Positions 37,654 through 50,450 of a DNA stretch of 64,000 nt are shown piece by piece. The stretch spans positions 62,001 through 126,000 of the forward strand of contig JBPGPT010000013.1 in the NCBI GenBank assembly GCA_051047955.1, in the 5' to 3' direction. The translations under genes were made by a program, and so were the position numbers. Source of the stretch: Cystobasidiomycetes sp. EMM_F5. Taxonomy: Eukaryota. Every line of letters begins with the position of its first letter. Position 1 is the stretch's first letter. The notes under the pieces were generated by a model. The model was not told the DNA's origin, ran no database searches, and was given only the letters and a program-made list of their open reading frames with translations.

Positions 37654-39802
37654 TTACGACCAGTCATCGGCTCTCCAATAGTATACTCGTCCTCCTGCTC
37701 CGCCGCCAAATATGACAGGATGCGTCGAGTGTGTACATGTCACAGCTGGCACATTTGCCGTGTCAATGAGGGAGCGGATAGGTTTACCGTCTTTTGTGTA
37801 GATGTCTACACCCTTATGGTCTTTCTTCCTCCTGCCCATGTTGCCGACAGTGAAGAATGGGTCGACGTCGGGATTACTCGACCATGTTGCCTTGAATACC
37901 GATACGTAGGCGCCCGAATCGTTATCATGCTCGACGGTAACGTCCGGCTGGAAGCCGCCTAATCCTTCAGTAGAGAGATCGCGAGGGTCCAGGTTCCAGA
38001 CTGTTGAGCTGCAGTCAATGTCCATGCACCATCCCAACGACCTGCACTTTTCTCACCTCGAATCGCGTCATCGTAAGATGTCGAAAGCATGTGCTTCCCA
38101 GAAGGATCGAAGTATGTGGATGAGCAAGCTCTGCCTGTGTCGTAGTTTGCGACGCAAGCCTGCTCGAAGGCTGTATCATAGTCTGTCACGCTCTCCAATC
38201 TGGAAACCATGCGCGCATCCCACAATCGTATTTCGCGGTTCAATTGCGAGGTCACAAAGTAGTGCTGATTGGCCGGATTGACAGATATGCATCCAATCTT
38301 GCTTTCTGACAGCTTCCATCGCTTGCCTTTCATTTTGTCTTCTCGCAGATCTGCATGCAACACACCGCCTCTATTATCGGACACTGCATACCAGGAGCTC
38401 AGCCAGTAGCTATCGATAGTGGATCGGAAGTGACATACCCCAAATGAGATTCCCGTCATGACTCAACTCAAAAGCACTTGCTAAGGCTTCGCCTTCGCCT
38501 TCTTGATCTGCGGCGAATAGATCTATATCCACCTCCTCTCGCCAAACGCCTGTTTCAAAATTAAGCGACCGGATTGTGCAATCGTATGAGCTGGTATATA
38601 TACTGTGCATACATTCAGCTCCAGTCGGTGTAAGGCACGTCTGATAAGAAGCCTTACGTGTGTGCTTTGACGGGATCTAGGCGCATGCAGGATATGGTGC
38701 CATGGTCGTTAAAGACGCGCTGAACGAAAGCGTTCTTGTCAATTGGGTTTCCATCCTCGTCTTCGTCGCCATCGTCATCCTCCTTGTCAATATCAGCGAC
38801 ATCTTGGGAGGCATCCCACATGCCAAGCCAGCCTTTTCTGTCACCAATAAAGACCAAGTCTTTATGGGTGGTAGGATGTGCTACAAGAGAATATACCCTG
38901 TCTGGAGTGATGCGCTTGGTTGCTCTCATAGTCATAGCGGCCATGGTCTTCCGGAGTCTCTCGACGCTGACACTCTCGCGATGACTTTCACCATTGATAT
39001 ATCCGTTGGCGTTATTGTCGACTGCATCTTCCTCTTCCTTCTTCACTCGCCGTTTACTCCGCGGAGTTGGCCGACCAGCTTCACGCTGCGGAGTATCTGG
39101 ATCGGCTTTGATGCTTAGACCTTCGGCTTGTATCGTATGATGTAATCGGCGAGGCCAAGTGCCCGAAGTAGCCAGACCCTCCAGATGTCTCTTGAGATGT
39201 ATGACAGCCTGAGGAATTATGTATTTTCCAGTCGGATTCCAGGCTTCAATCTCGCGAGTACTATTTGGCGAGCAGCGGAGACGAGACGCGGTTGGTATGC
39301 AAATCGCTTGGACGAGAGGAATACTCCAGGCCTACCCGTGCTTTGCCCTTTTCTTCTCCTCCATAGCCTCCAACTCGAGTCTCTCATCCTCCTCGCGTTT
39401 GCGTTTCGCTGCTTCAGGATCCTTCATCACCAGGGCAGCAGTACGGGCGGCATTTGACCGCGTAGCTCGCGCAATGACGGGATTGCCGTCATCGTCTATC
39501 AGATTGGACCTTGCTTTTGCCCTAGGCCTCGGCGCTGCTTTCTTTGTTTTGGGTTTGATCTCGGGTGTATAATCCCGTGCGACCGTTCTTTTGGGTGCGT
39601 CAATCTGGAGCGAAGCAAGGAGTTCTGCAATGTCAATGTTCAGTCGTCAGTATTCAGCAAACACTACGGCCGTCAGCTCCAGACTGGGTTCACGATGCGG
39701 TTGCCCATCTAGGCGTTTCCTGACGTCGCCCGCCCAAAACTTGCCTTGATTCTTTGCAATCCGCTCCAACCGAGCCTTTTCGTAGTCTGTCAGCTGCGAC
39801 AT
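37654..39802 (-). CDS. CMR1: WD40 DNA damage-binding protein Cmr1/WDR76
   Basis: N-terminus MSQLTDYEKARLERIAKNQ|ELLASLQI, ITPDRVYSL, YTSSYDCTIR, TSYDDAIR and FTVGNMGR...VPAVTCTH. Confidence 0.88.
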
Positions 39803-40418
39803 GGTCAGGCAGTGTTTCAGAGCATCCAGCGGGTCATAAGATGCGACTTGGCAGGCGTGAAATGCAATCAAGTCACATTCAATGGCGGGAATCTAAACTC
39901 AACGCGGCCATCGATGATCAAGCGAGACATTGTTCGGATATCGCTACATGGACATGCAAAGCGCCAGTCGATGTGCAGTAACTCACTGGCTGACTGACGA
40001 TTCTCCTGGCTTTGTCGCTTGGGAATGCCTGACTGGGCAGTTCGAGCTCGAGGCGACCAGAATCGACTGACATGGCCATGACCCACAAGGTTGCGATGCA
40101 CCTCTGCTGACACTGACGGTGTTCCTGTTTCGACACTGCCACGCTTTCACCTCGCTCTGATCCCTGCCCAGTCGTCATAACCTATTTCCGTCCAAATCAG
40201 GCAGCCGCACAGCAAATCCGTCCATCAACTGCTGATGGGCCTCCTGTGGGCCGCTCGGGTGTCTGAAAGCGTCATGGAGCGTTGGTAGTGGCCAATTTGT
40301 GCATAAATACCTGCTTGTTCGTCTTTCTCGTCCTTTCTTCCGCATAAACAGCCCAATCCAACATCTCCGCACATTCATTCTCGAGCGAAGCTCATTCCCT
40401 ATTTCAGCTCCGTCAAAA

Positions 40419-41790
40419 ATGTTCGCAACTATAGCTCTCATGTCGGCTCTGGCAGCCGGCGTGAGTGCCGCTCCAACAGCCAGCAGTGCTGGCAAAACCA
40501 ACGTCTTCACGCCGACCAGCTATTCCGTAGTATCTGGTATATTTATCCAGGATAGCGGTCAGTGAAACGGCTTGTATCATGAATGACACAACACTTACGT
40601 TTACCATGCAATGTTAGCCGCCTACAATAGTCTGCCCAGCAACTACTCTATGCTCACGGATTCATTCGGACTCATCGATAAATCCACAAATGCTTGGCAG
40701 AATCTGACAAGCTACATCAACAATCTGAATGCCCAAGCCGACAGTCAAACTGCTTACAAGCTTATGTGGATGGCTCGACACGGCGAAGGCTGGCACAATT
40801 ACGCCCCAACCGTCCTTGGCGATGAAGCGTTCTCCTGTGTAAGCCTGCTTTCATCTAGATCCGCTTCACGTTCTGACATGAATCATATCCCGAAGTACTG
40901 GGGAACCGTCAATGGCAACGGTAATCTAACATGGGGTCCTGATGCAGCATTAACACCCAACGGAACCGCCGAGGGACTCGCCAACAACGCTGCTTGGAAA
41001 CAGCAAATTCAAGCTGGTATTACCTTGCCACAGTCCTTCTACTCTAGTCCCATGCAGCGATCTATGCAGACTCTCAATTACACCTGGTCTGACATTGTCC
41101 TCAATCAGGTAATTATGCAACCCTCAAATGTTCACGCATGGTGCTAACACAGATCTTCAGAATGTCAAGCCTATGGTCAAGGAAAATCTTCGCGAGACGT
41201 GAGTATACAAGGTGTCTCGCCTCATGCGTGCCGTCAAACTTACCAGTTCGAACGCAGTATTGGCCTCTACACGTACGAGCAACGCTTCAATCAGAGCACT
41301 ATTGCTGCCACTTTCCCATGGAACTTCGAGGTGCTTACGAGTGTACTGTAGAAATCCTTATACTTGCTAAAGGTCCTGTCTACAGCCTGGCTTCTCCCAA
41401 GTCGACCAGCTTTGGAATCCATTCTACAGCGAAGCGCCCTCGCAGCAAACGTTGCGAACGCTAGGCGTACTCAATCAGATCTTCGCCACAGACTCTTCTT
41501 CAATCATCAGTATCACCGCACATAGTGGTACTATCTACGCGGCATACGAAGTCTTCGGACATCAGTATGTTGGCATAGGATATGGCGGCTTCATACCGAT
41601 CCTAGTCAAGGCTACCAGCAACCCAACTGCAACGCAGAGTACATTTGTCGGTGGACCGAGCGGAACACTCGGGGCCTGCTCTTCTAAAGCCAAGGGACTC
41701 CCTAACCCGTTGCCGACTCCCACCCCTAGTGGATACGTCTACTGCGCTTCAACCGAATGCGTGCCAATGACCACGGCAGGCTTCACCTGA
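40419..41790 (+). CDS. Secreted Pmu1-like histidine phosphatase
   Basis: Signal peptide MFATIALMSALAAGVSA, YKLMWMARHGEGWHN, WGPDAALTPNG, FYSSPMQRSMQT and ISITAHSG. Confidence 0.85.
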
Positions 41791-42059
41791 TCCACCGACT
41801 ACAAGATAGAGGTCGGGATGTCTGCATTTCTGTATCCAATCTATAACTTGTGTTGTTATGTAAATCGAATGTGCAACTGCGAATGATCCTCTGGCCCATC
41901 GATCCTATCCTGTCCGACATTTCGAAAGTGCAGTTGAAAGCGAGTACAAATGACTTTCCGATGCTTCCATGAATATAACAACGACACATGCTCATTCGAA
42001 ACTTGCAATAACGCGGCTGTTATACAATGCGGACTAGAAATGGGCTTGAGGGAATACCT

Positions 42060-44115
42060 TCATCGACCAAGCGGTTTATACAGCGGTAATTCGGATCGCA
42101 GCGATTGAGAACGGCTATATGAGAGATTGTGAAACGACGAGGGAGTAGAACCTGCTTCGAGTTGACGTGTCCTTGCAACCTTCTCGTGGGTGTGAAACTT
42201 TTCGTGAGCAGCACTATTGGTCGTTTTCCGAGCTTCTTCCGTCAGTCGCTCCTCCTCCTCGAGATCCGCTGCAGTCATCGCTTCGCCTGTAGTGGGAACA
42301 AGGGTTACCCGAATAGTCTACTACGATGCCGATGAGTCCGTACCTGTTTCATCATCCTCCTCGGTCACGCTGGTTGATGCGGAAAGTGGAGAGTCCGGAT
42401 CGTCCGTACCATCTGCCGATGCGGCATCAGAGTGCGCGTTCTCGATAGCAACAGGCGCTCTGTCATCTGTAAGAATGTCTCTCGTCGGAAAGTCGTCACG
42501 AGGGCCAGACTCAATGTCACTTGACATGGCAGTAGCCAGCAAAGGTTTGTCATTCTTGACTGAGTGTGCGGTCGTAGCGGTCTCCTCCCTTTCCTTATCC
42601 GTTTGCTGCTCCGCGGCTAAGCGTTCTCGCTCCTGTCTTCGCTTTCTCACCCAAGCCATACCAGAACCATCATCCTCGTCTATGCTGGAAGGTCTGCTGC
42701 CCAACGACCCTCTGGACGTGTAATTACCCCACTCCACAAACTCTGGCTCATCGTTTCGCGAGGCCTCAATGGCTGGTGTAAACCTGGAACTGGACGACCG
42801 TTGCGCGACCGATGGATACACGATTTTACGCCGGCTGTTGACGCTGGATACAGAGTCATCCGTCTTGACTTTGCGCAGCGGTATGCCTGTTCTGCGACTA
42901 CCGCTATCTGATCCCGAAGCTGAAAGACTTTTCGACAGTCCGAACCCGCCAAACAGGCCGCTGCCTGTCGTGGGCGAGTCCTCGGAGAGTGTAAAGCCAT
43001 CTCGCGATGATACAGAAGAAGATTTCTTTCTGCGAAACAGCTTGGACGCGAACGACATGCCGCCGGTCTTTGTCACTGGTGAGGTAGGAGCGGACATAGC
43101 ATGCGTGCTCCACTGTCCGACCGACGTTGCCGGACTCATTGCCTCTCCTACGCCATCTGACGCGGGCGAGACTGCAAGGAAAGGCAGATTTCCCGGTGTT
43201 GAAGGAGCTTTGAGCAGAGAATCGCCGCCCGACGTACCAGCCATAGTGAGGGACCCGTCGGTACTCCATGATCCGACATCTGCACTGCGACCATCTGCAG
43301 CATAGACATGAACCTGATTGCCGTCTCGATCGGTCAGAATGTCTCTGCCAGTACTGTAGCGTCGAGGTCTAGGATCTGGTAAGGGTGCGAAGCGTATCTT
43401 TGGTCGAGGTGAATTGGCGACTGTCGGTATTTGACGGTCCAAGCTGTCTGCGGATTGTGCACTACGAAATTGAGGACGCGAGAGGGCGAGGTAAGACTTT
43501 TGATAAGGTGATAGACTCGGTGCAGCTCCTTCTGATGTGCCCGTACCGGTCGCAGAAGTATCACGTGCGGCATCAGCGGTCGATACTGGATCTGCCTGTT
43601 TCGTTTCGGACACCGCGTTATCCTGTCTAGTATTCCCTTGGTCAGACTTGGATCTCTGATGTGACATAGGCCGGTGTGCGCTGTTCAAATGCACGATCAG
43701 CTTTGGTCATTTGGGCTGAAAGGGGGAAATGCGAGACATACTTCAACAGTATACCGCGAGACTCTGTCAGGGTGAAGGCTGGATTTGGAGGACTCAGGAG
43801 AGATGGCAGGCTGAGAGTAACACCGTTGGCCTTTGCCGTGTCGATAGCGATTGCATGATTGGCAGCTGACTTCTGTTTGCCCGGTGTTGCTTCATCGCTA
43901 TCAAACACAGGGCTGGCAGGTCTGCTGTTGCGAGCAGCGGTGTTATCTTTCGTCCAGGAGCGCGACAACGAAAGTCTGCGCTTGGGTGACCGGCTACTGC
44001 TGTTTGTTGTATCGGGCGTCAATGGCACTTGTTGACCATCGTCATCTCTGGGCGGCGAACGTGAGCGTGACCTGACGTTCAAGCTGAGACTGAGACGCGC
44101 CAAAGCTCTCGACAT
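42060..44115 (-). CDS. Hypothetical S/R-rich, largely disordered protein
   Basis: ORFs 43642-44115, 42321-43694 and 42060-42278 can be joined by GT-AG introns. Short sequence islands KIRFAPLPDPR, EPEFVEWG and DDGSGMAWVRKRR. Confidence 0.65.
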
Positions 44116-44665
44116 GACTGCTTGGTACGATGAGGATGGTCAGCAGTAGTCAGGGTATAATGTTGGATCAGATCAAGCATCGACAGGTTGTAAAGATGAT
44201 CGATGAGTTGATGGCCGGTTTGAGAGGCTTGCAAGATGGAAGCTCGGACGGCTTGTCGGTGGTGCGCTGGCTGCGAGGACAGAATCGCAGACAAGCCTCT
44301 GCTATCAGTTTGTCTGGAAAGCCGGATTGTCATTGATGTCTGGGCTGTGCATTCGGGGTTTTGCTCTTTTCATGGTCGCGAGACGGTGCAACGCTCGGAC
44401 AGCTTCGACATCTTCATGGACAGCCAACACGTTCATGCTACAGCGAGGCTCTGAACTCGCCCGAATCATTGCGATGCTTTGAACGTGCCAGAGAATGTCG
44501 AAAGCTTCATCATCGCTTTGGTTGGTCAGAAGCAGCGAGAAGTCTAGATTCGATATCCGTTATGCTCAGAATTGCGGGAAACGTCGATACAAGCACAACA
44601 ACGATATTAAGGACAATGCCATGCCTATGCTAATGACGGATACTCGAATGTAAGACTCCAAAGAT

Positions 44666-46362
44666 CTAGTTGCATTGATTGCCATACCGCCGAGTGGTAG
44701 GATCTCTGGGGATCCACCCATACTGTACGCCCTTCTGATAGCTCCATTCTTCCGCCATCCCGCCTTGTGTCTTCCACCTAGTCGATCATGCAATAGCCGC
44801 AATATCAGTGACAACTCCTCAATGAAGTTGGGTATCACTCACGTCCATGCGAACCAACCCGCTCCCTTCTCGAATGTGCTGATCTGCACTTCATATAGCT
44901 TTCCAAGCAAAGTCTTGTACTCGCTAGAAAAGTTTGCCGCCGATCCACTCTTGCCGTTGCAGGAACCCACAAAAGTAGATCCCTCAAAAGTGCCGTCATA
45001 TCGAGCACCTCTGCCTATGCCTGCATCACCGGCGCGAGCGACACACCACTCGCACTTCAGCAGGATTGATACACGCGAGAATTCCGAATACTCACCGTTG
45101 AGATATCTTGCGCAATCTGTCGGCGCTGGTGTCCACTCTCCTGCATAGGTCGGTATTCCCGCAATGGTCATGTTTGCGACAAAGTTGCAAGCAACTTGTA
45201 TGCGCTTCTCGTCGCTCATCGCTACCAACCCATCTGTAAAAATAGAGTAATCTGCGTCGTCCAGTCAGATTGGCTCCGAATTGCGTATATAAAGGTCCTC
45301 ACAGTGTGTGTCGAGCAAAACTTTGGAGAATTTGTCGGGCGGCATGAAGCCATTCCAGGTCGTGAGGAACTGAAAGGCATCGTGTATCCTGCCAATATCG
45401 CTAGAGTGATCAGATGTGTTCTGGCTCAAACGGTATCATACGCTTACGAGACGATCATGTTGGACTGTGCATCACTGCCTTTGATTGGGAAGCGGATCAG
45501 ACCCCATCCATCATAGTAAAACTGCCTGACGACGGTCATCATGGCATCTCCCACGAACCCAGCAGGTTCATTGAGTAATTCGATCGAGGTGACAATGTTG
45601 GCGAATTCCGGAGTATTGAAGTCTGTCATAATCCTGGCAAGAGCCTCCTTCGTCCGTTGCACATTCGTAGGGTCTGTATGCCATAGTATATCGCCTCGCC
45701 TCCCAGAACTGCGTATTCCTAACCATAAGCCCCGTTCCTGTCGAAGATCATTGATTGACGCTCACTTGTCGAACCCATTCTGGCTGCCTGGCGCACCATG
45801 CAGGTCTATAAACATATGTATGCCGTGTTGCCCTGCCCATTGAGCTGCTTTAAAGAGATAAGGGTATTGTCCAGTAGGATACGGTTCTCCGCCGGTGTTT
45901 TCGATTGCCCAGATTCCAATGGGTACGCGGATGTGATTGAGACCGAGTGCAGCAATCTGAGCGATATCATCTTCGACTATCCATGTATCCCAGTGTGGCC
46001 TGAGTCGGTTGGAAGCTTCTACCGAGCCAAACTTTGTGCCGTATGTGAATTCGTCGATGACGCCTGGTCCGGCATCGTCGTAGATGCCGGGCGTGATCCA
46101 AGGCTCGGTCACGACTGCAGATTATCATGACAGCAGCATGTTAGTGTTAGCATCGAGTGAAAACGCAAATCAACTCACGCCAGCCACCCAAGTTGACTCC
46201 GCGGATGGGTTGAGCAGGCGCTCGCTTGGCATGCTCATGCTGTGTGAGATCTAGGGTGCGCCGATTGGCTGTCTTTCTATTATGCGGAGAATGGACGTGG
46301 CTCTTAGCATAGCCGTACGCACTCAATGCGTAAAGGAGGGGAAGAAGTAGCTTGACTTTCAT
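44666..46362 (-). CDS. Secreted GH5 exo-beta-1,3-glucanase (Exg1-like)
   Basis: Signal peptide, KR propeptide site, IRGVNLGGW|LVTEPWITP, DLHGAPGSQNGFD, IELLNEP (acid/base), AGEW (nucleophile) and GWFAWT|WKT. Confidence 0.93.
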
Positions 46363-46820
46363 ATTGCAATGGGAAGGATACGAGGGTGGAGTGGGGAAAG
46401 TAACGGGAACGTGCTGTGGACGATGGATGTGATGTAGACTGTGCGGATGCAGAAAGACGCCGAAAAGAGACCTTGCTTCAACAATCTCTTGATGGTTTGG
46501 CGGAGTATGGCTGGCTCTACAGTACTGTCGGTCGGTGTACGCCGTCGACACAGTATCCGCAGTACCGCACACCGGTCATTCTCGTTGACCGTGGAGATAT
46601 CGAAAGCTCTCAGCGTTGAGCTGCCAGCCCGTCACTCGGACAACGGCACCAACGGCGGTCAGTCTCCATCAGCACAGCATTCCGTCAGCGAGCATCGGAT
46701 GGTCACGTCGTCAAAGGCATGAACGGTTAGCGTATTAGCAGCCAATTAATCACTCAATTGATGACATCGGATCAATATCAATCCCAGCTTCCTTGAACCA
46801 CTCCATCATTATTGGCAACC

Positions 46821-47144
46821 ATGCACCGCACTCATGTCCTGCTCCAACACCTGCCACGCATAACGCTCTACACCGGTGGGCCAGAGTGCAGCCTGTGCGA
46901 GGTCGCCAAAGAAGCGCTGCATCGCGTTGGAAGGAAAGAGGCCTTTGAGCTTGAAACCGTCAACATTCGGGAGAGCAAAGCGGGCAGAGCAGCAGCAGCA
47001 GAGCTCAAGCGATGGAGGAGGTTGTACCAGTACGATATTCCAGTGATACACGTCAATGGGAGGCAGGTCATGAAGCACCGGGTCGACGAGGACGGCCTCG
47101 TTGGGCTGCTGGGACGGATAAAACAGCAAACGAGTGATGATTAA
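46821..47144 (+). CDS. Glutaredoxin-like (DUF836-type) protein
   Basis: ITLYTGGPECSLCEVAK...YQYDIPVIHVNG...KHRVDE, a CxxC thioredoxin-fold small protein. Confidence 0.8.
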   Translation: MHRTHVLLQHLPRITLYTGGPECSLCEVAKEALHRVGRKEAFELETVNIRESKAGRAAAAELKRWRRLYQYDIPVIHVNGRQVMKHRVDEDGLVGLLGRIKQQTSDD

Positions 47145-47677
47145 ACACTGATTACAGCACTCTAGCACACCTGACGCACACTACCCAGCTCTCCCACTCG
47201 CTCCATCCTCCTCGTCGCGTTTATTCCAGCCTCTGTCCGGATACGGCACACCTGCCCGAATAGGCCATAAGATACAGATACGGCCATTCTTGAGCAACAC
47301 TAGCGACTCGGAATAGCAGACAAAGCCATGGCAGTCGAGACAAGACCTCCTTGGGTGCCATATTTTCCTCATCGAGCGGCAATGACCTCACAGTTACCCT
47401 TTTCCGACCTGGTTAGACGAGTAATTACAGTGTGAGCTGGGACTACTGTCCAGTACCTAGGCTCTGCAATCAGGTCGTCCTTCTGCTACGTCTCACCACC
47501 TCTTCATCAAGACGGTCGGCTGGTCCTACGAATTACTGGTCGCACTTCCCAACTTCGCTTGTATCGGAAAGCAGCACTCTCGTCTGGAACGGTTTGCTCT
47601 GCACATAACTCAACGGTTACAAGGGCTTCGCTATTATTGCTGGCATCAATCGCGCTTAATACAGTCTCCAGCCCGAC

Positions 47678-50325
47678 ATGCATACTCCAACACTACTCCA
47701 GACCGCCTTTACGGCCGCATCGCTCATTGCAAGCTCCGCTGCATTACCAGCACGACGGTCGTCAGTGGTAGAGGACTTCATTCCGACAAACTCACCCGTT
47801 GCGCCTTCCTCGCGGCGTGGATCGCTCGCTCCAGATGAACATCTTCCAGGTTCTCGTCGCGGTTCCTTTGTAGAGAGCATGCCGCCATCCCGTCGCGGGT
47901 CGTTTGTCGAAGGAGCTTCAGCACACCCAAATCGAGCTCTGATGGCTGGAAATGAAGATATTGCGAGATCTCGTCGCCGCTCAGTTTTTGATGAATCGCC
48001 AGAATCGCCAGCTAGGCGAGACTCCTTGGCTGCTCCGGAAGACAATGCAAGAGCGAGACGACGCTCACTGGCTGAAGAGCCTGTACACACGCCAGTACGA
48101 AGGAGCTCGTTGGCTGCCCCTGCAGATATCAGCAACGCACGAAGGCGGTCAGCCATTGAAGACTCTGCAAACCTGCCCACATTTCGGAGAAGTTCGCTAG
48201 CAGCGCCTACGGATATTGCAGCAGCACGACGAAGGTCCGTGCTAGACGAGCAGCCCATCCTGCGTCGATCTGCTGGCGCTGCTCCTTCTCCACTCGATAT
48301 CGCGGCAGCTCGTCGCCGATCCGTTTTGCCTGTCGAAGATACTAGCGGCGAGACTTCTCCGTTAAATTTGTCGACCGCTACCTTCAGCGATATTGCAGCA
48401 GCAAGGCGGAGGTCAGCCATTGACGATACGCAACCGGAACGACGCAGTCCAGCAGGCGGTTTCCAGGAGATTGTAAACTCCCGCCGCAGACTGTTCCCAG
48501 AAGTTGTGGAACAACAAGAAAGGCGCCGAAGCTCCCTTGGCGCACCGTCTCCGGTTGATATAGCAAATGCACGACGTCGCTCGGCTTTGGTGCCGGAAGT
48601 TGACGAGGACAGCGAAGCATCAATCCTACGGAGGAGTCAGCGCGCTTCCCCTACGGATATTTCGGCAGCTCGTCGTCGATCATTAATGACTGAAGACGCC
48701 GGTCCAAGCCGTCGTTCGTCTTCGGCTTTGGCGAACGAGGTCCCATCCTTCTTTCCAACATTCACAAACAGCTTTGCTGAAGAGCCAGTCAAGATCTATA
48801 TCGAAGAAGACGTCGCGCCGGAAGATCAAGGCCCGCCGTCAGCATCGGAAGCGCAAGCCGGAGTGGCTATTCCGATTGCGAGAAGGGAAGAAAATCCGCT
48901 TGCTGAGCGAGGTGTGGTAGACTGGGATGCCGCTGAGGTACGTGGTCTTTTTCCTTTTTCACGAGTGCCAGGCCGCTGACGAGTGCTTCTATACGGCAGT
49001 CCCACATGGACAAGATCTCTATCAAATACGAAAAGGGCATCATCGCTTACCAGAAACGCAGTGGTCAAGGCCTGCTTGGTCGGGACCTCATTCCGGACAA
49101 TGAGATTGAAGCTCGCGAAGCCGAGCTGGCAAGAAGGTCGACTGAACGGCTTGCACGATCAAAACGGGCTGTCAATGACCCAGATGATGTCGACGAGGAA
49201 CACAAGATCACCTTCGAAGAGAATTTCATGGAGAGCTTCGCTAGCGAATTCTCGGTCGGTAACCCTGCCCTGGCTTATCATCCGCAGAAACGCGGCAACG
49301 AAGGTGCTTCGGCACTGTCGTCCTACAACAATGATCTACGTAAGTCCGGTATATATAATCCCCTTGCTTGGCTTGACTAATATGAGCGGACTTCAGTCTG
49401 GGCGGGTAATGTGCAAATCGGATCGAATTCTCAGTCCTTCACTATCGACTTTGATACCGGCTCTGCGGACTTGTGGGTACCAGCACCGAATTGCTCCGGT
49501 GGCTGCGACAATCACCATAAGTACGACCCAAGTAAAAGTAACACCGCCAAGAAGGTCAGCAGCGGCGGTCTCAGTATCACGTACGGCGATGGTAGTACCA
49601 CCAAAGGCGACATCTACACAGACTCTGTCACTGTCGGTGGAGTAACTGGCAAAAATGTGGCTATTGGCGTTGCGACGCAGGTCGGCAACTCGTTCTATCA
49701 CGATCCGCAGGACGGATTGATGGGCCTTGCCTTCCAGAGTATCTCTTCAATGAACCAGACACCGTTCATTCAAAGTCTGATGTCGCAGAATTCCATCAAA
49801 AGCGGGCAATTCTCCTTTTCTTTGGGAAAATCAGGCTCCGAGCTATACTTAGGCGGAGCGAACGGCAATAAGTACTCTGGTAACATCGAATGGCACCCTG
49901 TCGTCTCTGAGAGCTACTGGGTAGTCGGAGGTAAAGCCCAAGTCAATGGCAAGGATGCTAGCAAAGATTTCTATGCCATCGTCGATACTGGAACCACGGT
50001 CATCGTGGCTCCCCCCGATCAGGCCAAGGCGTTCTGGGCGCAAGTGCCTGGCGCTGAACCTTACGGTAATGGTTACTACACATTCCCGTGCGACTCCGTC
50101 CCGAAAGTCTCATTCTCCTTTGGTGGCAAACAGTGGAGCGTGTCCAGCGATAACATCAATCTGGGGCGGACCTTTGCTGGCTCAAATGAGTGTATCGGTG
50201 CCGTTGTCGGCATGGATGTTGGCATAGATGCCTGGATCTTGGGAGATTCCTTCCTGAAGGGGGTTTACACAAGTTTCAATTTTGACACTAAGCAAGTGGG
50301 CTTCGCGAACAAGAAGGGCAACTGA
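47678..50325 (+). CDS. Secreted pepsin-family (A1) aspartic protease with a very long repetitive pro-region
   Basis: Signal peptide and a repeat exon to 48937, then an intron to SHMDKISIKY...QKRGNEG...NNDL|LWAGNVQIGS. Catalytic FDTGSADLW and IVDTGTT motifs, and WILGDSFLK. Confidence 0.9.
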
Positions 50326-50450
50326 GCAGTTTATAGGCTATGTATCGATATTAGGATTAGATGGTATCTGTTGGCAAATAGTAGGGAGAGCGACGAATGG
50401 CTATGATTTTCCGCGATTCGGAATACTGGAGGGCATCTCCATATAAGCCT

